Under the pieces are notes generated by a model. That model searched no databases. It was not told the origin of the DNA and saw nothing but the letters and a program-made list of their open reading frames with translations. Made by a program: the position numbers and the translations under genes. A DNA stretch of 64,000 nucleotides from Macrostomum lignano (taxonomy: Eukaryota): assembly GCA_002269645.1 (NCBI GenBank), contig NIVC01001020.1, forward strand, positions 124,001 through 188,000, written 5' to 3'. Below are positions 10,883-21,315 of this stretch, in pieces; positions within the stretch are counted from its first letter, which is position 1, and each line of letters starts with the position of its first letter.

Positions 10883-12945
10883 TGTATTTAAAAGAAGACA
10901 ACTTATGGGCATTCTTGATCAAATGTGAGGCTTATAATTCGCATAGATCTGCGTTGGCATATATCATTTGCCCTACAAGTTTCCATACTTTGGTAAAAAT
11001 GACCATATTACCACTGTGTCGTAAGTGATTAAACAATTCTCATTTTCTTTCTACGCTCGTAATTGTTACTCCAAGTCAGTGGCCGTGGCATGACGTGAAT
11101 TTCGATTTTCGCAAAAATCCGATCCCAATACGCGAAAGCAAGCAAACCTTTGATTCCTTTGAATTGAACCATTTCGCAGTACTTTTGCATTTGTCGCTCA
11201 TTATGAAAGGGTGACAAGTAGTTCTAACTGTACGCTCGTAATGAGTAAGAGACAAATTAGTAGGCAAAGCGAAAAGTGGCCTCAATAAGTTAACAATGAG
11301 CCCGAGGGACCGAAAGTGTCCAATTTTCGGCCGATAGTAGACTTTCGAGCATATCGTCATCTGTCACTGGCTAAAAATGAATTTTTTTGGCATTCAGTTG
11401 GTTTTTTCTCATTCAACTTACTTTTAGTTATGTTTTATGGGCACTGACAAGGTGTCACTTTCGGCGCCAAAAGTGTTTGGAAGAGGAGTCCCTTTTGGCT
11501 AGCTTTTCCCTATTTTTTAATTAATATTTATGACCGAACCTGTCAAGTTCGGCCCTTGAGTTCAAGTTCAAGGTCGATGATCAAGAGGTCGCCCGCGGTT
11601 GCCTGGGCTGCACCAAATCAGAAAAATCGACTCTGGTTATAACAAATTGGCCACTGTAAGTTTATTTATATTGGCGACATTCAGTCATTTTAGACAGCCC
11701 TCTCGGCAGCCGGGGTTCTATATATCGTCGTGGGACTCCGTTGTCTTCTCCCCGAATCAACATTATCTGGGATCAGCGACAGCAGTCATAATCCAAGATT
11801 GGCAGCAGAAGTCATTCGCTAAGATCATAGTGTTACCTGGCCTGGTTGCTTCGGTCAGTCTGGGGTCTGGACTTCCTGGTCACCAGCAGCTTGATTGTTT
11901 GGATTTGATGAGTGGTGTCGGATTTCCATCCTCCAAATAATTGTACTTTCTGTTTTGCAATTCAGCCTCGTACTTTTCAGTTCGTCTACCATACTCTTCC
12001 GCGCAGACAATCTCAACCGTTAATTCACCATAAATAATTCAGCTAACCTGTTCATTATTGTTAGTATAAATACAACTTCAACCCGCGGCCTAGGCCCTCC
12101 ACTTCTTTTCTGCCCAGCTAATCACTTATAGCTTGTATTATTATTAGTTTATTGTCTATACGACAAGTGGCCTTCTTGACCTGCTTTACTGGATGCATTT
12201 TTGTCTGACCTTTTTTCAGTAGTCTTAGAAAAGAACCCCCTGCAAACGTCTTGTGTCCCTGCATGTGCAATGCGATCCAGTACCAGCAGTGTTGCTTCAT
12301 ATCGGCTACGACTTTAAGATTGACAAAAAAGGTTAACGAGTTTAGGATTAACTAAACTCCACCTTTCAAAATTCTTTCTGCTCTTGGGGCTGACCTTTAA
12401 GCAGGGGGAAGGCCAGAGCACTCAGCGATTAATTTCTGCACTCTGAGGCCCGAGAAGCCTTGCGATCCAAAAGCTCAAGAAGGCTGGACTTACTCGTATC
12501 TGAAGCGAGTGTTCAGTACCAATTTATAAGCATAAGTTTGAAAGGTTTGCAATGAGTTATGGAGCAAGTGCAGCATCATGGGATATTTTTAATTACCTCG
12601 CATTCCCTTCGCGCCCATTCCAGGGACAGAGTTGCAATTGCCTCCATTTTGTGAATTGCATTTCAGTTGATTGCCTAATATGACATTATTGCTGCCAGCA
12701 AGCCCTCGGGACTGGAATTTGCAACCGGTCTATTATCAATTGCTATCGTGAGAACACTGCATGGCTACCGCAGTTGTGGGGTGTGCGGCACTTCTATTAA
12801 TCATCTGTTTGTTGATCAGCTAAAAATGCAGAGCCATTACGTATAAAATGGGATGCAGCTTCAACAGACCTGCACATGCCGCTTCTGTCAGACAGCTCTC
12901 TGCGATTATTGCCTCCCTCTCTTTACTTTGTCCAAAGCCTCGCAG

Positions 12946-15663
12946 ATGAATTTCCTAATTGGAATCCTGGGCTGCCTGCTCCCAGCCGCGGTCCTTGGTC
13001 GGCAGTTCCATCTCACGCAGATCGGCTGCTTCAAGGATCTGGTTAACGGCACGCGAAGGGATCTGAGAGAGCTGAAGGACTTCGGCTTCAACAGGCTCGG
13101 AGATGCTGTCTTGCAGCATGGATCGTACGACAATTTCCTGTCGAACACGTCTGTTTTCAGCGCCTCGATGACTCACGAGCTGTGCGGCAGCGTCTGCGCT
13201 CTCGGAGGCAATGCGTTCATTGGCCTGCAATCGGGCTGGTGTCACTGCAGCAACTCCTACGGAAGCCAGGGAGCCGTCGCCCTGGCCGAATGCAGCTCAG
13301 GCTGCCCCGGAAATATGTCGCAAGTCTGCGGCGTTAACTACCGGAACATTGTGCTCAAGATAAGCTATGCCAGTGAGTTGGGGTACCCGCGTTGTCAAAA
13401 AGCGATTTTACACTTTGCCGAAGTTCCGCACTCAGACGTCTCAGACGTCAGACGTTTGTCACTATGTACAGGATGGGCTTTTCCTTTGACAATAAGAAGA
13501 TTTAGCTGTAGGGATGAGCATTTTGGTGTGTTTAGAGGCTGATGTACAAGTTTTCCTATATTTGCGTGTAAAGAGCGAGGATGTCAACTTAGTCCCTGGA
13601 ATGGAAGCGATGCATCAGAGCGACGCTTCCAGCAATGGCCGCTCAATAGGAAGGCTCTGTGGCTGTTTATTTGATGGAGCAATGGCAACTCAAGAGGGAC
13701 AACTGCCTCTGTGGTTAACCTCCCCATCCCACTTATCTTCCTAGCCCTCTCAGCCCTCTCATTGTGAATGGATTTATTTAAAAAATACATTAAAATTTAT
13801 GCATCCTGATTACAAGGACGACTTAAGTAGAAGGACGGGAAACCTCGTTTCTTAGAAAATTTTAGAAGGCAGGCTTTCCCGAAAAAATACACTGCGGAGA
13901 TAGGAAGTTTTCTTTTTTCAGCACAAAAATTGTTATTGCGTTTGATAGGAGGCAGATCCAGTGTTCATCTTTTGATATGCTGTGCTTTTCTTATTGCTCT
14001 ATCGATATTCATAAAGCTTTTCGTTCAAAGAAGTAGGATTCTATGTTAATTTTTATTCTACGTACATTTGCGCATGTCTTGTGCCTAAAAACCATTAGAA
14101 TAGCAAGGCTCAGCTCTTTGCTTTTATGAGTCTATTTTATCATTGTTATCTGACTGTGTAACAAATACGCGTAGCACAAATAATAAAATGGATTCATAAA
14201 ACCAAAGATTTAGAGCCGTGCAATGCATTTTTATTATTTTTAGGTACAGGAAATGTACGTAGAATAAAAATTAACATAGAATCCTACTTCTTTGAACGAA
14301 AAGCTTTGAATATCGATAGAGCAATAAGAAAGGCACAGCATATCAAAAGATGAACACTGGATCTGCCTCCTATCAAAAGCAATAGCAATTTTTGTGCTGA
14401 AAAAATGAAAACTTCAAACCTGCCTTCTAAAATTTTCTAAGAAACGAGGTTTCCCGTCCTACTTAAGTCGTCCTTGCCTGATTAATGATCGGCTCGTTCC
14501 GTCGCTGTAGACCAAAGATCATATATACACAAGATGGGCCACTCATTAACCGCTTATGCATGTGGCCACATAGAAGCCAATGTAAAAAATTTTGCATCTC
14601 GCGACAGCGCGAAAATCAACTACTGAAATCAATTTCGTCAGTAGTCTGTGCCGTGAATTCATGTGAATTCATCATTCCTAGTTCAATTGAGTAGCTTTTT
14701 AATTAATTCATGAGAATTTTTATTCAATTCTCCAAAAATAGCGTCTATGTCCCTAAGCTACTGAACTCAAATTTATAAGCGACCCATGTCGGCTTTTTTG
14801 CACAAGTGACGAAAAACAGCGTTCGCGCTTTCCCCATTGCCGAAATACAAAGTGGCCTATCTAGACAACACAAGATCTATACTGTAGATAGGAAAAATGC
14901 ATTCTTTCAATAGCAGCCTCTAATAAAATGGCACCCTATACTATACTGAAATGGCACTACAACTATAATAAAATGGCACCCCAACTATAATAAAATGGCA
15001 CCCCAACTGTAATGAAATGGCAACTCGACTATAATAAAATGGCACCCCAACTATAATGAAATGGCACCCCAACTATAATAAAATGGCACCCCAACTGTAA
15101 TGAAATGGCAACCCAACTGTAATAAAATGGCACCCCAACTATAATAAAATGGCACCCCAACTATAATAAAATGGCACCACAACTGTAATGAATGGCACCC
15201 CAACTATAATGAAATGGCACTACAACTATAATAAAATGGCACCCCAACTATAATAAAATGGCACCCCGACTGTAATGAAATGGCAACCCAACTAATGAAA
15301 TGGCATCCCAACTAATGAAATGGCATCCCAACTAATGAAATGGCATCCCAACTACTGAAGGTTGACCCTCGCTTGCTCATGGAGGCCACTGTCAGATTAA
15401 CCATGACGCACCAACCTCCACTTCCAGACAAAAACCTCTTCGTCCCTGGCAACCGCACCCTGATCGGCATGAATAAGCCGGAGGCGCCAGCCTTCTCGAC
15501 CGTTGGCGCTCGAACACTCACCGAATGCGTGTACCTGTGCGGTGCTGACTGCCAGGCGGTGATCTTCAGTCAGCAGCAGCGCCTGTGCCACCTGCTGGAG
15601 TATGCTGTGGTGCCAGCCGCCCTCAACAGCTCCAGCAGTGGCGAGTACTTTGTCCTTGGCTGA
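12946..15663 (+). CDS. Secreted WSC-domain + PAN/Apple-domain protein, 220 aa, 2 exons (12946-13372, 15428-15663)
   Basis: Signal peptide MNFLIGILGCLLPAAVLG. WSC motif QIGCFKD...MTHELCGSVC...CHCSNSYG...C...CPGNMSQVCG. Donor A|GTGAGT at 13373 and acceptor TTCCAG| at 15427 are both phase 1. Exon 2 has a PAN motif (TLTECVYLCGADCQAVIFSQQQRLCHL). 663 nt total, divisible by 3. Confidence 0.85.
13813..14476. mobile_element. Foldback MITE (664 bp) with long terminal inverted arms and an 8-bp TSD CCTGATTA (hAT/P-type), inside the WSC-PAN intron
   Basis: Arm 13813-14069 (CAAGGACGACTTAAGTAG...CGTACATTT) is the near reverse complement of 14251-14476. Identical CCTGATTA at 13805-13812 and 14477-14484. 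Confidence 0.9.
14921..15356. repeat. 22-bp minisatellite (AACTATAATAAAATGGCACCCC), about 19-20 copies, intronic
   Basis: Direct periodicity in the sequence. Confidence 0.93.
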
Positions 15664-16197
15664 CACAGCAAGAGTGCCCAGTCTACGGTCAGATGTTTTT
15701 GTAGGTTTTCAATGGAATTTGTCAATGGACTTAACTTATCTATTAGGAACCTGATTCTCTCCTCTGTTTTTCTAAAAACACAAAGGTCTATCTGTTAGTT
15801 ACTCTCGTAAACGATTTTTTAATAGTAGTACATTGTGCCAATTGAAAAAAGTCTAGTTTGACTGACGAAGCTAAGAGATCGAATTCCAGTGATGTGCTGA
15901 TCAAACTCCCATTCCTTGGTGTCCCATCCCTCAGTCTGGAAAGGGGCTTAAAAGAACTTTCTTGAAGTATTTCAACTCTCGGGTTATGGTTGTGTTTCAG
16001 ACCGCCAAAATCGGCCAGTTTGTTAGCAGGTTGAAGTCGAAGGCCCCTAGAGCTCTGTCTGCTGGTGTCATCTATCAATTTTGTTGCTCTGGTGATCAGA
16101 GCATTTCCTACATAGGAAAAACCAAAAGGCTAGGGCTAGGGAGCTAGGGCTAGGGCTCCTCCCTAGCCCTAGCTTTACACTAGGGCTAGGGAGCATA

Positions 16198-16398
16198 CAA
16201 CAACAACAAGGTACTGCTCCCGCCGGCCACGCAGTAGCCAGAAAGGGGGGAGCAGTCAGAAAGCGCGTCTCTGGGCCATTGCCCTCAGGAAGTCGCACCC
16301 CCCTGCTTGGTCCGGGGCGCCAGCGTCACTCAGAAGTCGGTCAGGGTATCGCACCGTTCGCCCTTGGCCTCGCCTCCGCGGTCCCTGCAGCTTGAGCA
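16198..16398 (-). mobile_element. 201-bp 3' fragment of an RTE-like LINE nested in the Penelope endonuclease
   Basis: Flanked by the 11-bp direct repeat TAGGGAGCATA (16187-16197 and 16399-16409). The minus strand encodes LKLQGPRRRGQGRTVRYPDRLLSDAG...RRAF* (RTE C-terminus-like) and ends in a (TTG)n tail. Confidence 0.75.
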
Positions 16399-16827
16399 TA
16401 GGGAGCATAGAATGAATAACTCTGCTGTGCATGATCACTTGCTTAGTTGCAATGCTTGTTGTGAGCATGAGCCGACTGAGCTTTTCACTGTTCTGGATAG
16501 ATGTACGAGCGTAGATTTGATGGCAAACCCAGAGTGCTGGAAGCCTTGCACATTCGTAAGCATCATAGACCTAGTTTGAATACTCAGCTTGCAGGTGGAG
16601 GAGCCAGTTTACAGCTCAAAGTTTTCTAGGCTTGGTGTGGGTTTGCGGCTCTCTCCCCGCCAATATTGTTTGCTCTGTGTTTGTTCTGTGTGATGGCCTA
16701 ATAATTTAATTTATTTTCGTCTGTTAATGTACAATTATCGACCGGACTGAAACCATTCGCTATTGCCCTGTACAGTTTTCTATTTATTTATTTATTTAAA
16801 TATACGGAATTGTGAACCATGAGTGCA

Positions 16828-16866
16828 AGCCCTGAAGATGACCGCTTGTGTCGAAACGCGTTGGCT
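16828..16866 (+). ncRNA. Minimal type I hammerhead ribozyme (Penelope-associated)
   Basis: AGCC-CUGAAGA-U-GAC[CGCUUGU]GUC-GAAA-C[GC]G-U-U-GGCU. Stem I AGCC/GGCU, conserved core CUGANGA and GAAA, stem II 3 bp, palindromic stem III ACGCGU, predicted cleavage after GUU at 16862. Confidence 0.8.
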
Positions 16867-17105
16867 ATAATAATTTACTTATATGTTGGTATTGGCCTTC
16901 ATTTTTCTATTATTTTTTAATTTTATTTTAAAGCAGACGAAACATATCAGTAAGTGTGCTTCACCTATAAGATGATATCCGGTACTGTCACTCCATGGTG
17001 ATAAAAAATATACCGAAATCAAAGAAACAATATAGTGTTTCCGATTCATTTCAACACAAACAGTTAGTACATGCTATTGCGGATCAGTGGCGAATGTAAA
17101 ATTTT

Positions 17106-19012
17106 TTATGCAATAAGTATCTCAATCGTTTCACAGTTCGGCAGCTGAAGAGTCCCTTCTTGTCCGCGAAGCGTCTGGTCTTTTAAGTCTTGAAAATTGC
17201 TGTCTTTGAGACCTCGCAGCTTTTTGCGAATGCTGAAAACCTGCTCCACTTGGGTGCAAAACGCATCAGCTACCAGCAGCTCCTGCTCGTCCGCATCAGC
17301 CCGCTGGGCCACATCCCGGATCCACGCCTGGGCGCTCAGTTCGCTCTCTGTTTGCCATTCGAGACGCAGGGCCCACAGCAATGCGTCAAAATTGATGTAG
17401 ACACAAAACTGATTATTGTCTAGCACTTTCGGAAAGCAGTGGGACAAAAAATCCTGACCTGGCAATGACAGTTTCGGCCTCTCCTGAAACTCAAAGCAGA
17501 ATTTCCACGCGCAGTCTTGGCCCGTCATCAGATGCCGCCAAACACAAGCAACAGTCGCCTCAGTCGCCGACCTCTCAGCAGACCAGGCGATGCCTCTGCT
17601 CACCGAGTGGCCTCTGCACTGACTCACGATTCTCTCCGCAGCTTTCCGGTCGCCAAACTTCAGGCAGGCCAGCGCTCTGAGAGCCTCCCGTGCTGAGCGG
17701 GCGCAGTCTGGCAGTCGGGCAGTCAGCTCTGTGAGCGACTCTCGAGATCGCGAGCTGCAGTCGCCGCGGCAGAGATGCTCCAGACACTCTCTTGCCAAAT
17801 CGTAAATCTCGTAATACTCAAGTCCACTATCCTTTCGGAGTGGCATTGGCTTTAGATCTGGCAGGGTTTGAAACGGATGGAAGTGGAATATCCCTGACTC
17901 GGTCACAGGTTCAAGACTGCCCATGAACTGTTGAAGCAGCTGAGGGAGCTGATCGATTGCTGTTCTCAATGTACTAGCAAGTGCCATAAGCTGTTTTTTA
18001 TCCTTCTGAGCTGCACTTTTTAAGTACACAGCGACGTCGCTCAGAAAGAAGTGCTCCATAATCCGGCCGTGAGCATTGTCGGACGAGCAGCTGCTCTCCA
18101 CACAGCAAAGCAGCATCTGCAGCGACATCCTCACGAGGCTCACGAGATTCTCCGGCTTCCATTGCTCGACCGGCGTCTCCTCCACCATTCGGAACGTGAT
18201 GGTCTTTACGTGGTACGGCTTGAGGCCTTGCTGGTTGAAGCCGTATTTGTTGCAGATGACCTTCTTGACCAGGTATTTCAGTGTGACGAACAGCTGACCT
18301 TGCAAGGTCGTGAGACTTCTGAGCATCCGCTTCTCTAGAAAGCTGGTGCTCACACGGAGCTCTTGGCCTCCACGCCCAGGAGAGGCCGCATGCACTACGT
18401 GACAGGGCGATGCATCGGAAACGAGACTCTGCTGGAGGGCCCGCAGTACTGACTTTGTGATGTTTGACTCGGAAAGTCGTCGAGGCTGGAGCGGCGCGAT
18501 AGGCGGGTAGCAGCAGAGACGACCGGCGGAAACTTCGTCAAAGGCCGGCCTCAAGGCGGATCCGGGATGCAGAACAGCAGGGTTCGAAGCTGAAAGGCAA
18601 CAAGTAAAGCAATTACCAATCTGCATTTCTTTTGTAACTTTGAATCCAACTTACCGAATCCGGGGCACTGAATGTGTCCATTATTCAGCTCATGCTGGTC
18701 TGTCGCACCGCTGCACTCGCACAGGCCCTTAGGATGGTAAAGTCTCCCTGGAATCAGCCTCATCACGTCAATATCGGACTGGATGTCAACTCTGCCGTCC
18801 AGTGTCGTCAGGCTGTTACCCCAGCCTTCTGAAAAGCTGCCAACAACGTACAGGTGATTGTAGTTCAGTCTTCTTCTCAGAATCTCTTGCAGAACATCAG
18901 CGACAGCACTTTGCAGGGCGGCTCTGGAGGCCACGAATCCGGAATTATTGAGGGCCGAGTGAAGCATTTGATTCAGCTCTGCGTCGCTGGGAACTTCTCT
19001 AAAATGGTGCAT
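17106..19012 (-). CDS. Mab-21/cGAS-like nucleotidyltransferase (cGLR-type) #1, 613 aa, 2 exons (19012-18655, 18589-17106)
   Basis: YVVGSFSEGWGNSL...QSDIDVM (G-S and DxD), third acidic residue in AFDEVSA, ELRVSTSFLEKRML...LFVTLKYLVKK...LKPYHVKTITF...MEHFFL (Mab-21 core). 65-bp phase-1 intron 18590-18654 (GTAAGT...TTTCAG). 1842 nt total. Confidence 0.9.
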
Positions 19013-19316
19013 TCATCGACAAATTTCTGTACTAAACAAATGTAAGGTCACAGCTAGCAAACAAAATTTTTATACATGATTTAGCATAGGATCAATTTTC
19101 TGCTCATAATGCATAGACTGTTTTCAAATGTCACTGCTAAATACTCGTACGAGCGTACCGGTATGAGATGACTAAGATTACAATTCACTAGCTAATCGAG
19201 CAGCGGCCATAACATTAAGGATCTTTCACACCGCTATCAAATGAAGATAAAATTTTGCCTGATCATACAGATTGTACACAAATTTTCGTCACTTTATGTT
19301 ACATAAATCACAGCTT

Positions 19317-20099
19317 TTAGTGTGAAAAGTTTAAGTGCTCAAAAATCATACTTTCGTACTTGATTGCCAAATCGCTCGAGTGATTGCGCAGAAGATTCAC
19401 ATTAGGATCCAACGGACTCTGCTGATTAGCCTCCGCTTTCACAAGTAAGTCCACAACCTTCTCGTGTCCGTTTTGCAATGCAATTTGTAGAGGAGTGAAG
19501 CCGTTGTTTGCTTGAAGACTGACATCAGCTTGGGCGTTTATGAGGGATTCCACGATTTGCAAATGGCCGTTCTGCGCCGCCACGTAGAGAGGGGATTCTC
19601 CGGTGTTTGTCTGAAGATTGACGTTTGCCTGAGCATTGATGAGCGTTTCCGTGACTTGCTGATGACCGATTTGCGACGCGATAAAGAGAGGCGAGTAGCC
19701 ATTGTTCTGCTGGCAATCCACTTCCGATTTTGCCTCGATGAGCTCGTTCATGACTTGAACTTGGCCATGCTGTGATGCAATGTGAAGCGGCGATGAGCCA
19801 TTTGCCTTTTCTAAACAGTTTATATCCGCCTGTGCTCCGATGAGCGAGTCGAAGACTTTCTGATGACCATTGATTAATGCGATGTGTAGTGGGGACAGGC
19901 CAGTTCTGGTGTAGACATCGACGCTTGCGAATGCCCCGATGAGTGTCTGAACCACCTCATGGTGACCAAAATGCGATGCTATGTATAGAGGTGAGCAGCC
20001 TTCGTCAGTGCATTGGTGATTGATGTCAGCTTGTACTTGCGAGAGTAAATCCACGACTTGCTGATTACCATTCTGCGATGCAAAGTAGAGAGGGGACAT
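19317..20099 (-). CDS. Ankyrin-repeat ORF (7 complete repeats plus a partial upstream one); possibly the 5' part of cGLR #1
   Basis: Repeated G.SPL.IAS..GH..VV..LI.A.AD.N units. The frame stays open upstream of the ATG to ~20170 with ANK-like QIAESLIEAQADVNLQTNNG, so the true start or upstream exon is unresolved. Confidence 0.88.
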   Translation of the reverse strand: MSPLYFASQNGNQQVVDLLSQVQADINHQCTDEGCSPLYIASHFGHHEVVQTLIGAFASVDVYTRTGLSPLHIALINGHQKVFDSLIGAQADINCLEKANGSSPLHIASQHGQVQVMNELIEAKSEVDCQQNNGYSPLFIASQIGHQQVTETLINAQANVNLQTNTGESPLYVAAQNGHLQIVESLINAQADVSLQANNGFTPLQIALQNGHEKVVDLLVKAEANQQSPLDPNVNLLRNHSSDLAIKYESMIFEHLNFSH

Positions 20100-20909
20100 G
20101 CCATTGTTAGTTTGAAGATTGACATCGGCTTGCGCTTCAATCAGTGACTCGGCTATTTGCGTAAATAATTATGAACACCGTGAAGAACCTCACGGGGTCA
20201 GTCATTGCTGCAAGTTAACTATCGATAATTGGATAAACTCGAGATATTTTCTGGGTCGAGAATATTCTGAGTCGGCTGCAGCCTTCCTTTTTTATAGGCA
20301 GCTTCAATCCGCCCACCCGCCGCCGCCAACGCGCAATTTCTTTCCATTTCTTCCAGTTTCACAACCGCCCGGCCCGTCCAAACTTCTGTTGTTAAAACGA
20401 GGTTGCCTGCGGAGTTTGCTGGGCTGCTTTACATGAGCAATGCATCTTATTGTTCTTTTTCACATATACTGGGATGGACTAGGGGCCGAAAGAATGAGTC
20501 ACCCTCTCGTCACAGTACCTTGTTTCGTCGTAAACGCGATTCCAATTAATTACTTTACGTGTTGCTCTGTGTCCTTGAAGGGCGCATTGATGCCTTTTTT
20601 CTTTTATTCTGCAATAAATATTCTTGTCTCAAATTGCACAAAATATTGCTTGACCCCTTAGCAAATATTGCTAATACATGAATGAGGGCTCTTGCTGTGT
20701 GTGCTGCTGTACGTGGGTCCACTAGGAGACAAGGGGTCAGCAAACTTTTTTACCTCAAGGTCCAGATAGAGAAGCTGGAGCATGACTGCAGGCCAGAGAG
20801 GGGAGAGAAGCGAAAGAGATTAGAAGGAGATTGGAGGATTGGAGAGAAGAGCGATAAGAAAAGACAGGCCTTCTCTGGTCTCAGCGAGTTCAGGTGCGAA
20901 CCTACTCAT

Positions 20910-21084
20910 TGTAATGACTCAGACTAGCTATTTAGTTTGGCGAGAGAAACGATGCACTTAAATGAGCCGACTGCTCAATTCAATATATTTATAGGCCCGA
21001 GAGCATTGCGTAATAAGAGTATTGCTACGAGTTAGTTCATCGACCAAGCCAAGTACATTATTACCGCGCAGAGCGTACACTACA
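20910..21084 (-). repeat. 3' LTR of the Gypsy element
   Basis: Matches 25414-25588. Confidence 0.95.
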
Positions 21085-21315
21085 TCTCTCCTCATTTTGG
21101 ATTAAAAGTTTTACTGCAAAAGGTTTTTTAAATACTGAAAATTACCACAAATACGAGTAAAATCTTGCAAAGAAGAAACATTAACAGAGAAAATGTTTCT
21201 TCTTGTACATGTAATGCCTTAGCTGGAGAATGAACAATTTTCTATCCGCAATCTCAAGACGCAAAAGCAAAATCAAACAAGATATTAGCGTCAGTCTGCC
21301 AAGCGCGAGTTATAG

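Larger units (their letters stand above)
15760..16930 (+). mobile_element. 5'-truncated, disrupted Penelope-like element: RT thumb/linker remnant, GIY-YIG endonuclease, 3' region with hammerhead
   Basis: VLIKLPFLGVPSLSLERGL, then GVIYQFCCSGDQSISYIGKTKR (GIY-YIG), REHRMNNSAVHDHLLSC, and after a frameshift RVLEALHIRKHHRPSLNTQ. These are characteristic PLE endonuclease motifs. Confidence 0.88.

Noticed and set aside
11880-12020. Minus-strand protein-like stretch IVCAEEYGRRTEKYEAELQNRKYNYLEDGNPTPLIK
   Set aside because: Bounded by stops, with no recognisable family and no supporting exon chain.
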